Shown here: positions 49,611 to 59,395 of the stretch, in pieces | How positions within the stretch are numbered: position 1 is the first letter of the stretch | Layout: each line of letters begins with the position of its first letter | Virus record (IMG/VR): IMGVR_UViG_3300045988_150439 | DNA length: 64,000 nt | Direction: 5' to 3' (one strand) | DNA from: a virus | Lineage: Duplodnaviria; Heunggongvirae; Uroviricota; Caudoviricetes | Notes under the pieces: model-generated | What the model saw: the letters and a program-made list of their open reading frames with translations, nothing else | Told to the model about the DNA's origin: nothing | Databases searched by the model: none | Made by a program: the position numbers and the translations under genes

Positions 49611-50480
49611 ATGAACTTTACCAAACTGACTGACCACCTGAAACTTGCCACCGATCGACTCATTGGATTTAAGCCAGAACCATATGAGTTGCATGAAGGC
49701 CATGGTGTAGCCACTGAAAGTATTTACAAGATGGTCGATCAGTTTCATGAACTCTTCCAGCATCCGAGACGCGTTATGCCGACACCAGAGCTGCTTCGTC
49801 TCCGTGCAAGCCTGATTCATGAAGAAGCTGTAGTGGAAGGTATTCCAGCCGCAATGAATGGGGATATTGAGCAACTGCTGGATGCAATGGCCGACTTTTT
49901 ATACGTTGGTGTTGGTACGATGGTCTCCATCAAAGGTGGTATTTCTACCGGCATGACCTATTACACGCAGGAACAGAGCATTGATCGCTTTATGCAGACA
50001 ATTTTTGTGCCCGGTAACACTGTTTTCGATGATATGGCAATGCCATTTCAGGAAGCTCGTGAGGCGTCATGTATGCTCGAAGAGCTGGCAGATAAACTTG
50101 AGAAGAAGACTGTTAAGGATTCTGAGCTGATTCAGGAACTGCGCCGTGTAATGAACAAAATCTATGTGGCGTGCATGATGACTTATCGACTGGCTGATTT
50201 CCTCGGTATCAATGTCGTCGAGCTGGTTGGCGAAATTCATCGGTCTAACATGACAAAATTATGGCCTGCTGATGTTGAGGAACGTCGCCAGGCTGTGGCC
50301 AACTGCAAATACGACTCTTCAGATCTGGGATTCCGCCATGCTGATGGCACCGATAAGATGATCGGTTTTCGAATTTCCGATGGAAAGATTCTGAAGTCTC
50401 CAACCTATAGTGATGTCGATTTATCCTCCTTTGTTGAGCAAGCTAAAGCCTCAGCAATGTATGGAATGATCAAAAAATAA
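49611..50480 (+). CDS. MazG-like NTP pyrophosphohydrolase candidate
   Basis: ORF 49413..50480 overlaps nrdB; probable ATG 49611 follows AAGAAGGA. Acidic helix pattern EEAVVEG...DIEQLLDAMADF. Confidence 0.35.
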   Translation: MNFTKLTDHLKLATDRLIGFKPEPYELHEGHGVATESIYKMVDQFHELFQHPRRVMPTPELLRLRASLIHEEAVVEGIPAAMNGDIEQLLDAMADFLYVGVGTMVSIKGGISTGMTYYTQEQSIDRFMQTIFVPGNTVFDDMAMPFQEAREASCMLEELADKLEKKTVKDSELIQELRRVMNKIYVACMMTYRLADFLGINVVELVGEIHRSNMTKLWPADVEERRQAVANCKYDSSDLGFRHADGTDKMIGFRISDGKILKSPTYSDVDLSSFVEQAKASAMYGMIKK

Positions 50481-50548
50481 TTGTAGGTAGTTATCTATCT
50501 GTGTATATTTAACATGCGTAATAAAACTCTGGAATGACTATTCGTTTT

Positions 50549-50575
50549 GGTGGCCTATGGCCACCATTTTTTTAT
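50549..50575 (+). terminator. rho-independent terminator
   Basis: tggtggcc-tat-ggccacca followed by ttttttta. Confidence 0.65.
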
Positions 50576-50650
50576 CTGTCTGGTCTTGTTCTCTCAATGA
50601 ATGTAAACTCACATGATGAATAAGTAATTACTTATCTTTGTGAGGTTTTT

Positions 50651-51754
50651 GTGTCACTCCTTTTGAATCGTGAGCATACGAACGGTCAGGTAACAAACGC
50701 ATCGTATGCAAAAGTTATTGAGACGGTGCTTAAAAGCGGCGTGCAGGCTGATGATCGCACAGGCACTGGTACTTTAAGCACCTGCTACGTTCCCTCTTAT
50801 TACATGCTTACTGGTGGGACTGTGCCGCTTATTTCTGGAAAGGCGGTAAATCTTAAGCCACTGCTTGTCGAACTTGAGTGGTATCTGAAAGGCACGGGCA
50901 ACATCCAATTTCTCAAGGATAACGGCGTTAAGATTTGGGATGCATGGGCCGATGAGAATGGCGATTTGGGGCCGGTTTACGGTAAGCAGTGGCGTCGATG
51001 GGAAGATACCCGCATCGTGAGCCATAGTGAATATCTGAGCAAGATCGATACTTTCCGTGAACGCGGGTACAAAGTCGAGGGATACCTGGGTATCAGTGAA
51101 GATCGCGTAGTGCTATCCCGTGAAATCGATCAGCTACAGCGTATTGTCGATACACTGCGCACGAACCCTACCGATCGTCGCATCATGCTTAACGCATGGA
51201 ACGTAGGCGAGCTTGAGGATATGAAACTGCCACCTTGCCACTTTGTCTTCTCTTTGTGGAGTCGTGAGCTGGATTTTGAAACCCGTTTAACGATGGCAAC
51301 TGACATTGGTCTTCAACACAGTCGCCTCGGTTACGAGTCTATCTACACCAAGATGCTATACGATCTGGAGATGGACGGCAGTGTTACTGAAGCTGAACTG
51401 GATGAACTTGGAATCCCCAAACGCATCCTCAACTCCTGCCTCGTACAGCGTAGCGTAGACACTTTTGTTGGTATGCCATTCAATATTGCTGGCTATGGCA
51501 TTCTCACTCATTTTCTCGCGAAGATTACGGGTCACATGGCCGGTGCATTTGTGCATTTTGGCTTTGACGTGCATTTGTACAACAACCACATGGAAGGTGT
51601 GTGTGAGCTAATGAAACGACAAGCTCCAGAGCATTCAGATCCGGTCGTTATTTTCCCTCATGAATGGTCAGAGTTGGATGATTTCAAATGGGACGAGGTT
51701 TTAATTCTTGGCTATGACCCTCTACCGTGGATCAAGGTTCCAGTGGCGGTGTGA
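50651..51754 (+). CDS. thyA: thymidylate synthase family protein (long form)
   Basis: Motifs DRTGTGT, ELEWYLKG, DLGPVYGKQWR, catalytic Cys in KLPPCH, RSVDTFVGMPFNIAGY; 367 aa with insertions. Confidence 0.75.
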   Translation: MSLLLNREHTNGQVTNASYAKVIETVLKSGVQADDRTGTGTLSTCYVPSYYMLTGGTVPLISGKAVNLKPLLVELEWYLKGTGNIQFLKDNGVKIWDAWADENGDLGPVYGKQWRRWEDTRIVSHSEYLSKIDTFRERGYKVEGYLGISEDRVVLSREIDQLQRIVDTLRTNPTDRRIMLNAWNVGELEDMKLPPCHFVFSLWSRELDFETRLTMATDIGLQHSRLGYESIYTKMLYDLEMDGSVTEAELDELGIPKRILNSCLVQRSVDTFVGMPFNIAGYGILTHFLAKITGHMAGAFVHFGFDVHLYNNHMEGVCELMKRQAPEHSDPVVIFPHEWSELDDFKWDEVLILGYDPLPWIKVPVAV

Positions 51755-51755
51755 T

Positions 51756-52169
51756 ATGGCAAGAGGTATGTATGTCTTATGCGAAATTGAAGGTGTGCTG
51801 GCAAATACCAGCCATCGTAAATCTGTATCTGACTCGGATGCAGGCCAATTCATTGCCGGTGATGAACTCATTTTCCCCACCAGCCGTATGTTGCGTGGTT
51901 TTGCTCGCTCAGGGGCTGAAGTGGTGCTTATCAGTAGCCGCTCTGAAACTCTTGAAGCGCCCACTAAACGATGGCTGAAAGATTTTGGTGTTGATTACGA
52001 CTGGCTTCATCTCGTACCGAATAGCACCAGTTATGAGAAGCATATTAAGCGCACATTAGCGGAGCATAAAGGCGATCTGCTTATCGCTGCGCTGGTGCAC
52101 GATCCTCGACTCCGTGCCGCTTTAGCTGACTCTCATCATAGACCGGTCATCTATGAGGTGAGCAAATGA
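51756..52169 (+). CDS. hypothetical protein
   Basis: ORF 51708..52169; probable ATG 51756 just after thyA stop; no motif recognised. Confidence 0.4.
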   Translation: MARGMYVLCEIEGVLANTSHRKSVSDSDAGQFIAGDELIFPTSRMLRGFARSGAEVVLISSRSETLEAPTKRWLKDFGVDYDWLHLVPNSTSYEKHIKRTLAEHKGDLLIAALVHDPRLRAALADSHHRPVIYEVSK

Positions 52170-52642
52170 AGATGATAGCTGCTGTTGGCCGTAACTATGA
52201 GATCGGCATAGCGAACGAACTGCCCTGGCGTTGTTCTACCGATCTGAAGCTATTTAAGAGACTCACCAAAAACGCCACTGTCGTTATGGGGCGTAAAACG
52301 ATGGAAAGTCTCAAACGCCCTCTTCCAGAGCGTCATAACCTCGTTTTGACGCGCTCTCATGGCTTTGTACCAAATGGATTCTACCCTGCTGGTGTGGATG
52401 ATGTGTTGCGATTACCAGAGCCTGTGTGGGTGATTGGCGGGGAACAAATTTACTCGCTATTCATGCCGCATGTTGAAGAGATTTGGCTCTCCCACATCGG
52501 CGTTGATGTGCCAAACGCCGATGCATTCTTCCCGGCAAGCATGATGCGTAATTTAGGCTTTGTGCCTGTTGAAACAGTTTTTACCCAACGAGCCAGCGAG
52601 GAAGAGCCTGGCTTTTCGCAGATCGTATACAGAAGGTCGTAA
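52166..52642 (+). CDS. folA: dihydrofolate reductase
   Basis: 158 aa; MIAAVGRNYEIG..ELPW, GRKTMESL, WVIGG. Confidence 0.85.
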   Translation: MKMIAAVGRNYEIGIANELPWRCSTDLKLFKRLTKNATVVMGRKTMESLKRPLPERHNLVLTRSHGFVPNGFYPAGVDDVLRLPEPVWVIGGEQIYSLFMPHVEEIWLSHIGVDVPNADAFFPASMMRNLGFVPVETVFTQRASEEEPGFSQIVYRRS

Positions 52643-53286
52643 TGGATTACCGGATTGGGATCACTGGTGCTCAGGGCAGTGGGAAAACAACCCTGGCTAA
52701 ATATATCGACAAACATTACGGAATCCCTTACGTGGATGCTGGTGTCGGAAGTTTGATGAGCCGCCTCGGTGTTCGAGTAGGTGATTCTATGCCTCTATAT
52801 GAGCGGCTTCAGATTCAAATGGAAATAGCAAAGCATATAGAGCTACTTACGCGTGGTGTTGAAGGCTTTGTTATCGATCGCACACCTGCTGATGTTATGG
52901 CCTACACGTTGGATTTGGTCGGCCATACAAATGAAGATCGGTGTATTGAGTTAGCCCTCGATATCGAAAAGTTTTGCCACAAAACTGCTATTTCAAACTT
53001 TAACGCCATTGCTGGCCTACGCCCGGGGGTCGCTCTCTCAGAGCGAGATTACTTGCGGTCACAACGAGCATCATTAGACCGTCTGTATGTCGCTCGTATT
53101 GATGCGTTGATGTGCGGGGAACTGACAAAAATTCACCTGCATCCGCAAAGGGGAGATCTGCAAACCTTCGTCGTTTCCAACCGGTATCGCACAGTTGAAG
53201 CAAGAGCCAGATCAGTGATGAGAATGCTAGATAACGCTGTAGAAAAGATAGAAAACCGGTTCTGTGGCCGAGTGACCGTTCATTAG
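52642..53286 (+). CDS. P-loop nucleotide kinase candidate
   Basis: N-terminal Walker A GAQGSGKTT; 214 aa; sits in nucleotide-metabolism operon. Confidence 0.5.
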   Translation: MDYRIGITGAQGSGKTTLAKYIDKHYGIPYVDAGVGSLMSRLGVRVGDSMPLYERLQIQMEIAKHIELLTRGVEGFVIDRTPADVMAYTLDLVGHTNEDRCIELALDIEKFCHKTAISNFNAIAGLRPGVALSERDYLRSQRASLDRLYVARIDALMCGELTKIHLHPQRGDLQTFVVSNRYRTVEARARSVMRMLDNAVEKIENRFCGRVTVH

Positions 53287-53347
53287 AAATTGTTCGCCTC
53301 TTCGACATTGCGACAATAAAACTCTCAAAATGGGTTAAGGATAAAAA

Positions 53348-53767
53348 ATGTTTAGTGAAATGTTGCTTGAAGATGAACTGGATCGGAAAACAACAGAGGC
53401 TTTGATTCGTGTAGCGGACGAACATTCCCGGTCGCTTATGAGCGATCGAGAGGCTCGTCTGGCTATTCGTGCCATATTCGAAACTGCGCAGGGGCTTGTT
53501 GGTACACAAGTGGGTGAAGCCATTAACATCGCCATGTCTCAGTTCAGTGAAGGCAGTAAAAAGCCTCTGTTTCCTATGCATTTGATGCTGGCTGGTGGCA
53601 CGGTGCTTTATATCTCTGTTTGTCTGGATAGCAACCAAATCAATATTCTCAACACTGTGTCAGGTAAGTGGAAAGATCCGATTGTCTGTGAAACCAGTGA
53701 AGAAACTTTGAAAAAAGCGGCTCAATTTGTACGTAGCGCACTACTTAAGGGCGCTAAGAAGTTGTAA
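53348..53767 (+). CDS. hypothetical protein
   Basis: 139 aa ORF; no motif recognised. Confidence 0.4.
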   Translation: MFSEMLLEDELDRKTTEALIRVADEHSRSLMSDREARLAIRAIFETAQGLVGTQVGEAINIAMSQFSEGSKKPLFPMHLMLAGGTVLYISVCLDSNQINILNTVSGKWKDPIVCETSEETLKKAAQFVRSALLKGAKKL

Positions 53768-53776
53768 GGAGTAGTA

Positions 53777-54571
53777 ATGGGACAACCGGTAGACATAACA
53801 GGTAAACGTTTTGGAAAGTTGGTTGCACTTAAATATTCCGGTATTTCAAACAAACAAGGGCGACTTTGGGATTGCATCTGCGATTGCGGCAACACCTGCC
53901 TGGTTAGTTACGGGAAGCTAAATCACGGGGCGACAATATCGTGTGGCTGTGTCTACAACGCACATCGCCGTAGCGTAAAGCCTCATGGTATGAGTAAAAC
54001 GCCAATTTATCGTATATGGCTGGGTATGCGGGAACGATGTGAAAAACCAACCCATCACGCCTATAAGTGGTATGGCGGCCGAGGTATCAAAGTCTGCGAG
54101 CGGTGGCAAATATTTGAAAACTTTTATGCTGACATGGGAGAGCGACCAGAGGGGATGTCTCTTGATCGCAAAGATGTGAATGGTGACTACGAACCTGAAA
54201 ATTGCAGATGGGCGACTTTTGAAGAACAGGCCAATAACACGCGTTCAAACTTAATTTTGGAGCATAAGGGGGAAAAGCTGACTCTCTCACAATGGGCTAA
54301 AAGAGCCGGGATTCAGACATCAACTCTTCACTATCGAATCAAGAAAGGGTGGCCATTAGATCGCGCGCTTAACGCCAGCGTCGACACGTATGCCAACCGA
54401 GATAGTAAGCGTCTGATCGAGTGTCGCGGCAGAACTCAGCGAATTACCGAATGGGCTAGAGAGGTTGGCTTGACTGCGACCATTATATCGCAGCGAATCT
54501 TGAGGGGGTGGGATGTTGAAGCTGCCATCTTCACACCGTCCAAACGACCAGTAAAAGGAGATAAAAAGTGA
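53777..54571 (+). CDS. free-standing HNH-type homing endonuclease
   Basis: Cys-rich N-terminal module, LDRKDVNGDYEPENCRWAT..EQANNTR motif, two C-terminal HTH-like repeats (SQWAKRAGI / TEWAREVGL). Confidence 0.6.
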   Translation: MGQPVDITGKRFGKLVALKYSGISNKQGRLWDCICDCGNTCLVSYGKLNHGATISCGCVYNAHRRSVKPHGMSKTPIYRIWLGMRERCEKPTHHAYKWYGGRGIKVCERWQIFENFYADMGERPEGMSLDRKDVNGDYEPENCRWATFEEQANNTRSNLILEHKGEKLTLSQWAKRAGIQTSTLHYRIKKGWPLDRALNASVDTYANRDSKRLIECRGRTQRITEWAREVGLTATIISQRILRGWDVEAAIFTPSKRPVKGDKK

Positions 54572-55116
54572 TTGCTACAGGGGTGGACATCGAATCAACA
54601 GGTCTTGATTTCCTCTCAGGCCATAAAATCATTGAAATCGCAATGGTGAAGTACGAAATTGAGACACAGACAATGGTTGATAGTTTTGTAATGCGGTTCA
54701 ACCCGCGTCGCAGTATCGATCCGAAAGCGCAAGCGGTACACGGCATCAGTCTTGAAGATTTAGCCGCCGAGCCGTTACTAGCCGATCACGCTTCATCTGT
54801 CGCTTCGTATCTCTCTTCTTCCGATATTTGGATAGCCCACAACGGCGAAGCGTTCGATATTCCGTTTATTAGGCATGAGCTGAAAAGTTACGGTTTTTCG
54901 CTTCCAGACATCCCATTGATTGACACTCTATTTTCCCTGTGGGCCACAGAAGACGGTAAACGTCCACGCCTTGAAGAGTTGGCCTTCTCTCTTGGCTTTA
55001 TATACGATCATGCCAAAGCACATAGTGCCTTATATGACACAAACTTAATGATGCAATGCTTCTTTAAGGCACGTAATAAGTACGGATTTTTTAAATTACC
55101 CTCTGAAATTGTGTAA
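54568..55116 (+). CDS. DnaQ-like 3'-5' exonuclease
   Basis: Exo I GVDIESTG, Exo II WIAHNGEAFD, Exo III YDHAKAHSALYD. Confidence 0.75.
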   Translation: MIATGVDIESTGLDFLSGHKIIEIAMVKYEIETQTMVDSFVMRFNPRRSIDPKAQAVHGISLEDLAAEPLLADHASSVASYLSSSDIWIAHNGEAFDIPFIRHELKSYGFSLPDIPLIDTLFSLWATEDGKRPRLEELAFSLGFIYDHAKAHSALYDTNLMMQCFFKARNKYGFFKLPSEIV

Positions 55117-55120
55117 AACA

Positions 55121-55159
55121 AAAGCCTACTTTAAAAAGTTTAAAGTAGGCTTTCTTTTA
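55121..55159 (+). terminator. rho-independent terminator
   Basis: aaagcctacttt...aaagtaggcttt hairpin followed by cttttaa. Confidence 0.6.
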
Positions 55160-55274
55160 AAGAACAGTCGCCTTTCAATCATTTCCTGCCTGTATTTAAT
55201 ACTTTTCCGCCTGATAGGTTTAGTCAAAATGTAGCCATCGAAACGCAAATGTAACCAAACAGAAGGAGACTTAC

Positions 55275-56084
55275 ATGAGTTCGGTTGAAAATGTAATGAC
55301 AAATTATGATCTGGACGAACTGACAGCCATGTTGCAATCACTTGATGAACCGGTAAAAAAAGCTGCACAGGTTGAAAATACTGATGATATTGACGATCTG
55401 CTGCTCGGCCTAGATGCTGGCGTAGCCATGAGTTCTGATGATGTTGCCGAAGAACTGTTCAATGAAGAAAAAGCAGGTGATTTCAGCTCTGCTTTAAATG
55501 AGTTGGAGTTAGCGCATGAGCCTATAAACGTAATTAACGCTGAAAGTGTTGAAGCTGCCGAAAACGAGCCAGAACAATTGGGATTTATTGAGGTTGAAGA
55601 GTGTGTTGAGGTTAATGATGAATTAAAAGTTCAACAGTCAAATGATAGCAACACAAATAAAAAAGCGCGTACTGCAAGAGGTCCTCGTTTTACTCTAAGT
55701 GATAAAGATGATGCGTTTTTCAATAAAGCGGGTTTAGAGAAAGATATTTTTTTAGATGCTTATGAGAACGCGCCTGTCAAAGCAAAGGATAAGATATTAA
55801 ACCTTCTTAATTGGTTTAGCGGAGGTCCAGATATTAGTGTTTACACGGTAATTTCCATGAGACACCTTCTCACAGAAAAGAAGGCTACAAGTAATAGTAT
55901 TAAGATTGCTTTAATGAGCAATCCAGAAAAACCGTATCCGCTTAACACTGCGTCAACTCAGGCTGGGCAAATGATGGCTGTATTTCCAGCTACAGGAATT
56001 GCTGTTAGAGACGGTGGAAATCTAACATTGAACGAAGAATCACCGATCGTTAATAAGTTTGTCGCGGAGTACACTATTGGATGA
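55275..56084 (+). CDS. acidic hypothetical protein
   Basis: 269 aa, Asp/Glu-rich N-terminal half. Confidence 0.45.
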   Translation: MSSVENVMTNYDLDELTAMLQSLDEPVKKAAQVENTDDIDDLLLGLDAGVAMSSDDVAEELFNEEKAGDFSSALNELELAHEPINVINAESVEAAENEPEQLGFIEVEECVEVNDELKVQQSNDSNTNKKARTARGPRFTLSDKDDAFFNKAGLEKDIFLDAYENAPVKAKDKILNLLNWFSGGPDISVYTVISMRHLLTEKKATSNSIKIALMSNPEKPYPLNTASTQAGQMMAVFPATGIAVRDGGNLTLNEESPIVNKFVAEYTIG

Positions 56085-56162
56085 CGTTCCCCTACTGAAA
56101 ATAAAGCCCATAGAGAGCTTTATAGTGCTGGGTAAGCCAATCACATACCCAGCACCACAAAA

Positions 56163-56208
56163 ACGCGCCAGAGAGCTTCTCGTTTGCATTTCTGGCGCGT
56201 TTTATTTG
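56163..56208 (+). terminator. rho-independent terminator
   Basis: acgcgccaga...tctggcgcgt stem followed by tttatttg. Confidence 0.55.
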
Positions 56209-56267
56209 ATTGCCAGACATAAAATCAAATGCAAAAATAGGTAATCACTTACCTATCGAGAAAGAAG

Positions 56268-56861
56268 ATGATTGCAGCCGAAAAAATCAAACAGCGAAAG
56301 CGCGACAACTCTCTTCGTGACCTCTGGAGAACACCTGATTGGCTGTTTTCTGCCATTCAACGTTATCTTGGAGTGACATTTGATGTTGACGTTGCCTGCA
56401 ACAAGGACAACGCAAAGCTGCCTAATTTCATAGGCATTGAGCGTGATGCTTTGAAATCTGAATGGGGACAGCCAGGTACAATTGCCTTCCTCAATCCACC
56501 CTACTCCAAAATCTCCCCCTGGATTGATGCTGCTATACGTGAGCAGGCTCGCGGAGTTACAACAGTGATGCTAATTCCTCAATCCCTCGATACAAAGTGG
56601 TATGAGCGTGCAACAGAGTATGCGAATGAGACGATTATTCTGTCTGGTGGCCGCGTAGCGTTTGTCGAGCCTGACGTCAATTTGGGTCAGGTAGAAGTAA
56701 ACATCAACCCCGGTGGCAGTATGCTCGTTGTTTTTCGAGGATTCTGTCAGGACGCTGGGCACTCTATAAGCAAGATCCCTTTGGACGTCATGAAAAGTCT
56801 GGGAGGGTATAATCCTGCGAATGTGATCAGGAAAAAAAGACCATCAAAGAAGGCTGCTTAG
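56268..56861 (+). CDS. DNA N6-adenine methyltransferase (phage Dam-like)
   Basis: 197 aa; FLNPPYSKI catalytic motif. Confidence 0.65.
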   Translation: MIAAEKIKQRKRDNSLRDLWRTPDWLFSAIQRYLGVTFDVDVACNKDNAKLPNFIGIERDALKSEWGQPGTIAFLNPPYSKISPWIDAAIREQARGVTTVMLIPQSLDTKWYERATEYANETIILSGGRVAFVEPDVNLGQVEVNINPGGSMLVVFRGFCQDAGHSISKIPLDVMKSLGGYNPANVIRKKRPSKKAA

Positions 56862-56884
56862 TTTGCTCTGGCGTCTGTAATTAG

Positions 56885-56941
56885 CCTGCTTCTGTATATA
56901 TATAAATAACTACATATTAATTATTAATATACGGAAGCAGG
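56885..56941 (+). repeat. AT-loop hairpin element copy 2
   Basis: Stem cctgcttctgtatat / atatacggaagcagg; matches element at 6621..6671. Confidence 0.5.
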
Positions 56942-57024
56942 CTGTTTTGTATCAGAGACTCCAGACCTGAACATCACTACAGAATCCACTAGAACCCCTT
57001 CCCAGACGCTTTAAAATCGATTTT

Positions 57025-57279
57025 ATGAACCACTTTAAGGAAACCAACATGTCATACCCGACTAATGTCGTTGCGCTCGTAGAGAGCGATTTTCTGGCTA
57101 AGGCTCGTGAAATGATGAAAGATCGCGAGCAGGCTTTCAACTTGTACGAATGGGCAATTAAGTGCTTGCATCTTGGGGAGCATCGCGAACTTGTTGAACA
57201 GCTTTTAGGTGAGTTGATCAACGAGGTGTTTGCCTTGAATGTTCAACTACATGGTCGAGAAAATAATCAATCGAAATGA
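57025..57279 (+). CDS. hypothetical protein (84 aa)
   Basis: ORF only; helical. Confidence 0.35.
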   Translation: MNHFKETNMSYPTNVVALVESDFLAKAREMMKDREQAFNLYEWAIKCLHLGEHRELVEQLLGELINEVFALNVQLHGRENNQSK

Positions 57280-57299
57280 TAGATAAGTACAAACTATTC

Positions 57300-57810
57300 A
57301 TAAAATGAATTGTAAGTGCTAAGATCTGATAGTTTCCAGTCGTAGACTGGAGACTCGACCTGATGGGTGGGGGTAAGCGTCACTGGCGTCAGGTTTAAAA
57401 AAGCTCACTACCAGCGTAGAACCGGTGCCGTTTAGGTGTCGGGGAAGGGGGAACCAAAGTGAGCGGAGACAAGGGTCACTTTATGATTGTCGAGTCTGGG
57501 GTGTTTCGAGAGGTTGAATCCAGTACTCCCCTTCATAAAGTGTGGGAAGATCTCGGTTCTGGGGTGCTGTCATCCATAACTTCCCAAGTCTAAGCTGGCA
57601 GTAGACTTAGACCATAGCTTTTCAGGTTATGAAACGACCAGGTTGGTGAGGAATTTTATACTCACCTCCCTGGGAGAGTATTACCTGAAAAGACAACCTC
57701 TCACTTCGTTCGAGGTGAACTTCACTCACTTCGTTCGTTCAGTTCAGGTTTATAAAAACCTGTTCTGGGAAGTAATTTGTTTATTTTAATAATTATTAAC
57801 ACGCACGCGT
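57300..57810. other. ORF-free structured region upstream of rnhA (candidate ncRNA or origin)
   Basis: About 510 bp with no ORF of 60 aa or more on the plus strand; several stem-forming segments and a GC palindrome acgcacgcgtgtgcgcacgcgcg near 57800. Confidence 0.3.
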
Positions 57811-57861
57811 GTGCGCACGCGCGAGGAAAAAATCGGCGCGGCGCTTGATTCAGGAGTTTAT

Positions 57862-58455
57862 ATGACGACGAAGACACCAGCCCGATCGCAAGAAAAAACT
57901 CGCAAAAAAGCCAAAAACAAAAATTCTCCCCGCGCCAATTCCACAACGCCTGTCGTAGAGTTCAATCCCCAGCTTAAAACCGTGAAAATCTTCAGTGATG
58001 GCTCTTGCCTTAAAAATCCGGGTGGCCCGGGCGGTTACGGTATAGTTCTCCAGTATCGTGGTGAGGAACGCGAGTTCTCAGATGGTTTTCATAGCACCAC
58101 CAATAACCGCATGGAGATGATGGGGGCACTTATTGGGCTGGAGCGTTTGAAATATCCATGCAACGTTATTTTGCACTCTGATAGCCAGTATCTGAAAAAC
58201 GGCATGACACAGTGGATGAAATGGTGGAAACGCAATGGATGGGTGACTTCTGACAAAAAACCGGTAAAGAATGTTGATCTGTGGAAGCGTCTGGATGAGG
58301 CCGCAAGTCGACATAATGTTCGCTGGAAGTGGGTTAAAGGTCACGCCGGGCATCGTGAAAATGAAATATGTGATCGACTCGCGAAGATCGCAGCTTTTTC
58401 CGCAGCAGATATGCCTCACAAGAAAGATATTGGTTTTGTTTACAACAAGCAGTAA
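57862..58455 (+). CDS. rnhA: ribonuclease HI
   Basis: ORF 57811..58455; probable ATG 57862 follows AGGAG. Motifs [34 protein letters not shown]; basic N-terminal extension. Confidence 0.85.
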   Translation: MTTKTPARSQEKTRKKAKNKNSPRANSTTPVVEFNPQLKTVKIFSDGSCLKNPGGPGGYGIVLQYRGEEREFSDGFHSTTNNRMEMMGALIGLERLKYPCNVILHSDSQYLKNGMTQWMKWWKRNGWVTSDKKPVKNVDLWKRLDEAASRHNVRWKWVKGHAGHRENEICDRLAKIAAFSAADMPHKKDIGFVYNKQ

Positions 58456-58600
58456 GTAAGTGTTTACCTATCATTTTAAATCATGTATCTTATCAGCGTC
58501 AGGATGACAATGTGTCGGTAAGACACAGTTCCAGGATGGAACGAGAAAGGCGGCTGGCAATCGCCAGCCGCAACTCTTTCTGACACTGGATGGAGTCCAC

Positions 58601-59095
58601 ATGGCACGTCAAACCTATTTCACTTCTGCAACTAAACGTCCTCGTTCACTACGTCAAATTTTGGCCGAATTATTTAGCGGTCGTGTTCTGTCACGTCTTG
58701 ATGAACTAGAGACTGCCGTTCGGTTGCTGAATGAACGTTTAGATAAGCAAGCGTCAGTTGTTGCGAACGTGGGGGCGATTGTTACCTCTGGTTCTTCACG
58801 CGAAGCGAAAAGTACACGGCCTTTAGTGAAGGAGAAAAACAACAAGGACAGTTCGAATGGAAAATTTTCAAAGAAAGAGGCTGAAACCAATGGCCTACGT
58901 TCTCATTATAGTTTCACTGGCGACGATAGCCGTTCCAGCCGGCCAGAGCCTTTTGATGCCGGGTTCATCCATCACCACACCTCCGTCGACGACAATTACC
59001 ACCACTCCAGTAGAGCGTCCTGTCACTCTGGATGGGATGACGGTGGATGCGATACCTCAAGTTCATCCAGTTACTCAGGATCATGCTGTGACTAA
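58601..59095 (+). CDS. hypothetical protein
   Basis: 164 aa ORF; helical N-terminus, low-complexity Ser/Asp/His-rich C-terminus; an overlapping frame (58857..59108) encodes a membrane-like peptide, so the true gene structure is unclear. Confidence 0.3.
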   Translation: MARQTYFTSATKRPRSLRQILAELFSGRVLSRLDELETAVRLLNERLDKQASVVANVGAIVTSGSSREAKSTRPLVKEKNNKDSSNGKFSKKEAETNGLRSHYSFTGDDSRSSRPEPFDAGFIHHHTSVDDNYHHSSRASCHSGWDDGGCDTSSSSSYSGSCCD

Positions 59096-59104
59096 GGCGG
59101 TTGT

Positions 59105-59302
59105 ATGAACTGGTTTTCAAATCACTTTGGAAAAACTTGGCTGGCGATTCTGGCTTTCATAGCTCTCATGGCCGCCGGTTGGGTATCGAACATTGTAAAA
59201 CTCGTTTGCTCTGGTGATCTCCAGTTTCAGGCTGGTATGACCTTGGCTCGTGTTGTTGGGATTTTTGTTTTTCCAGTCGGTTCGGTACTTGGTTATTTCT
59301 GA
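59105..59302 (+). CDS. small membrane protein (65 aa)
   Basis: Two hydrophobic helices. Confidence 0.4.
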   Translation: MNWFSNHFGKTWLAILAFIALMAAGWVSNIVKLVCSGDLQFQAGMTLARVVGIFVFPVGSVLGYF

Positions 59303-59395
59303 CGGTTGTTAGTGCATATGCATTGACCGTCTTTTCGTAAGCAATTCATGTAACTAGAAAACAACTTGTTTTAACAAATAATAAAAGGAAAGCAC

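Noticed and set aside
55126-55368. 80-aa minus-strand ORF
   Set aside because: Overlaps the terminator hairpin and the start region of the plus-strand gene at 55275; no start context.
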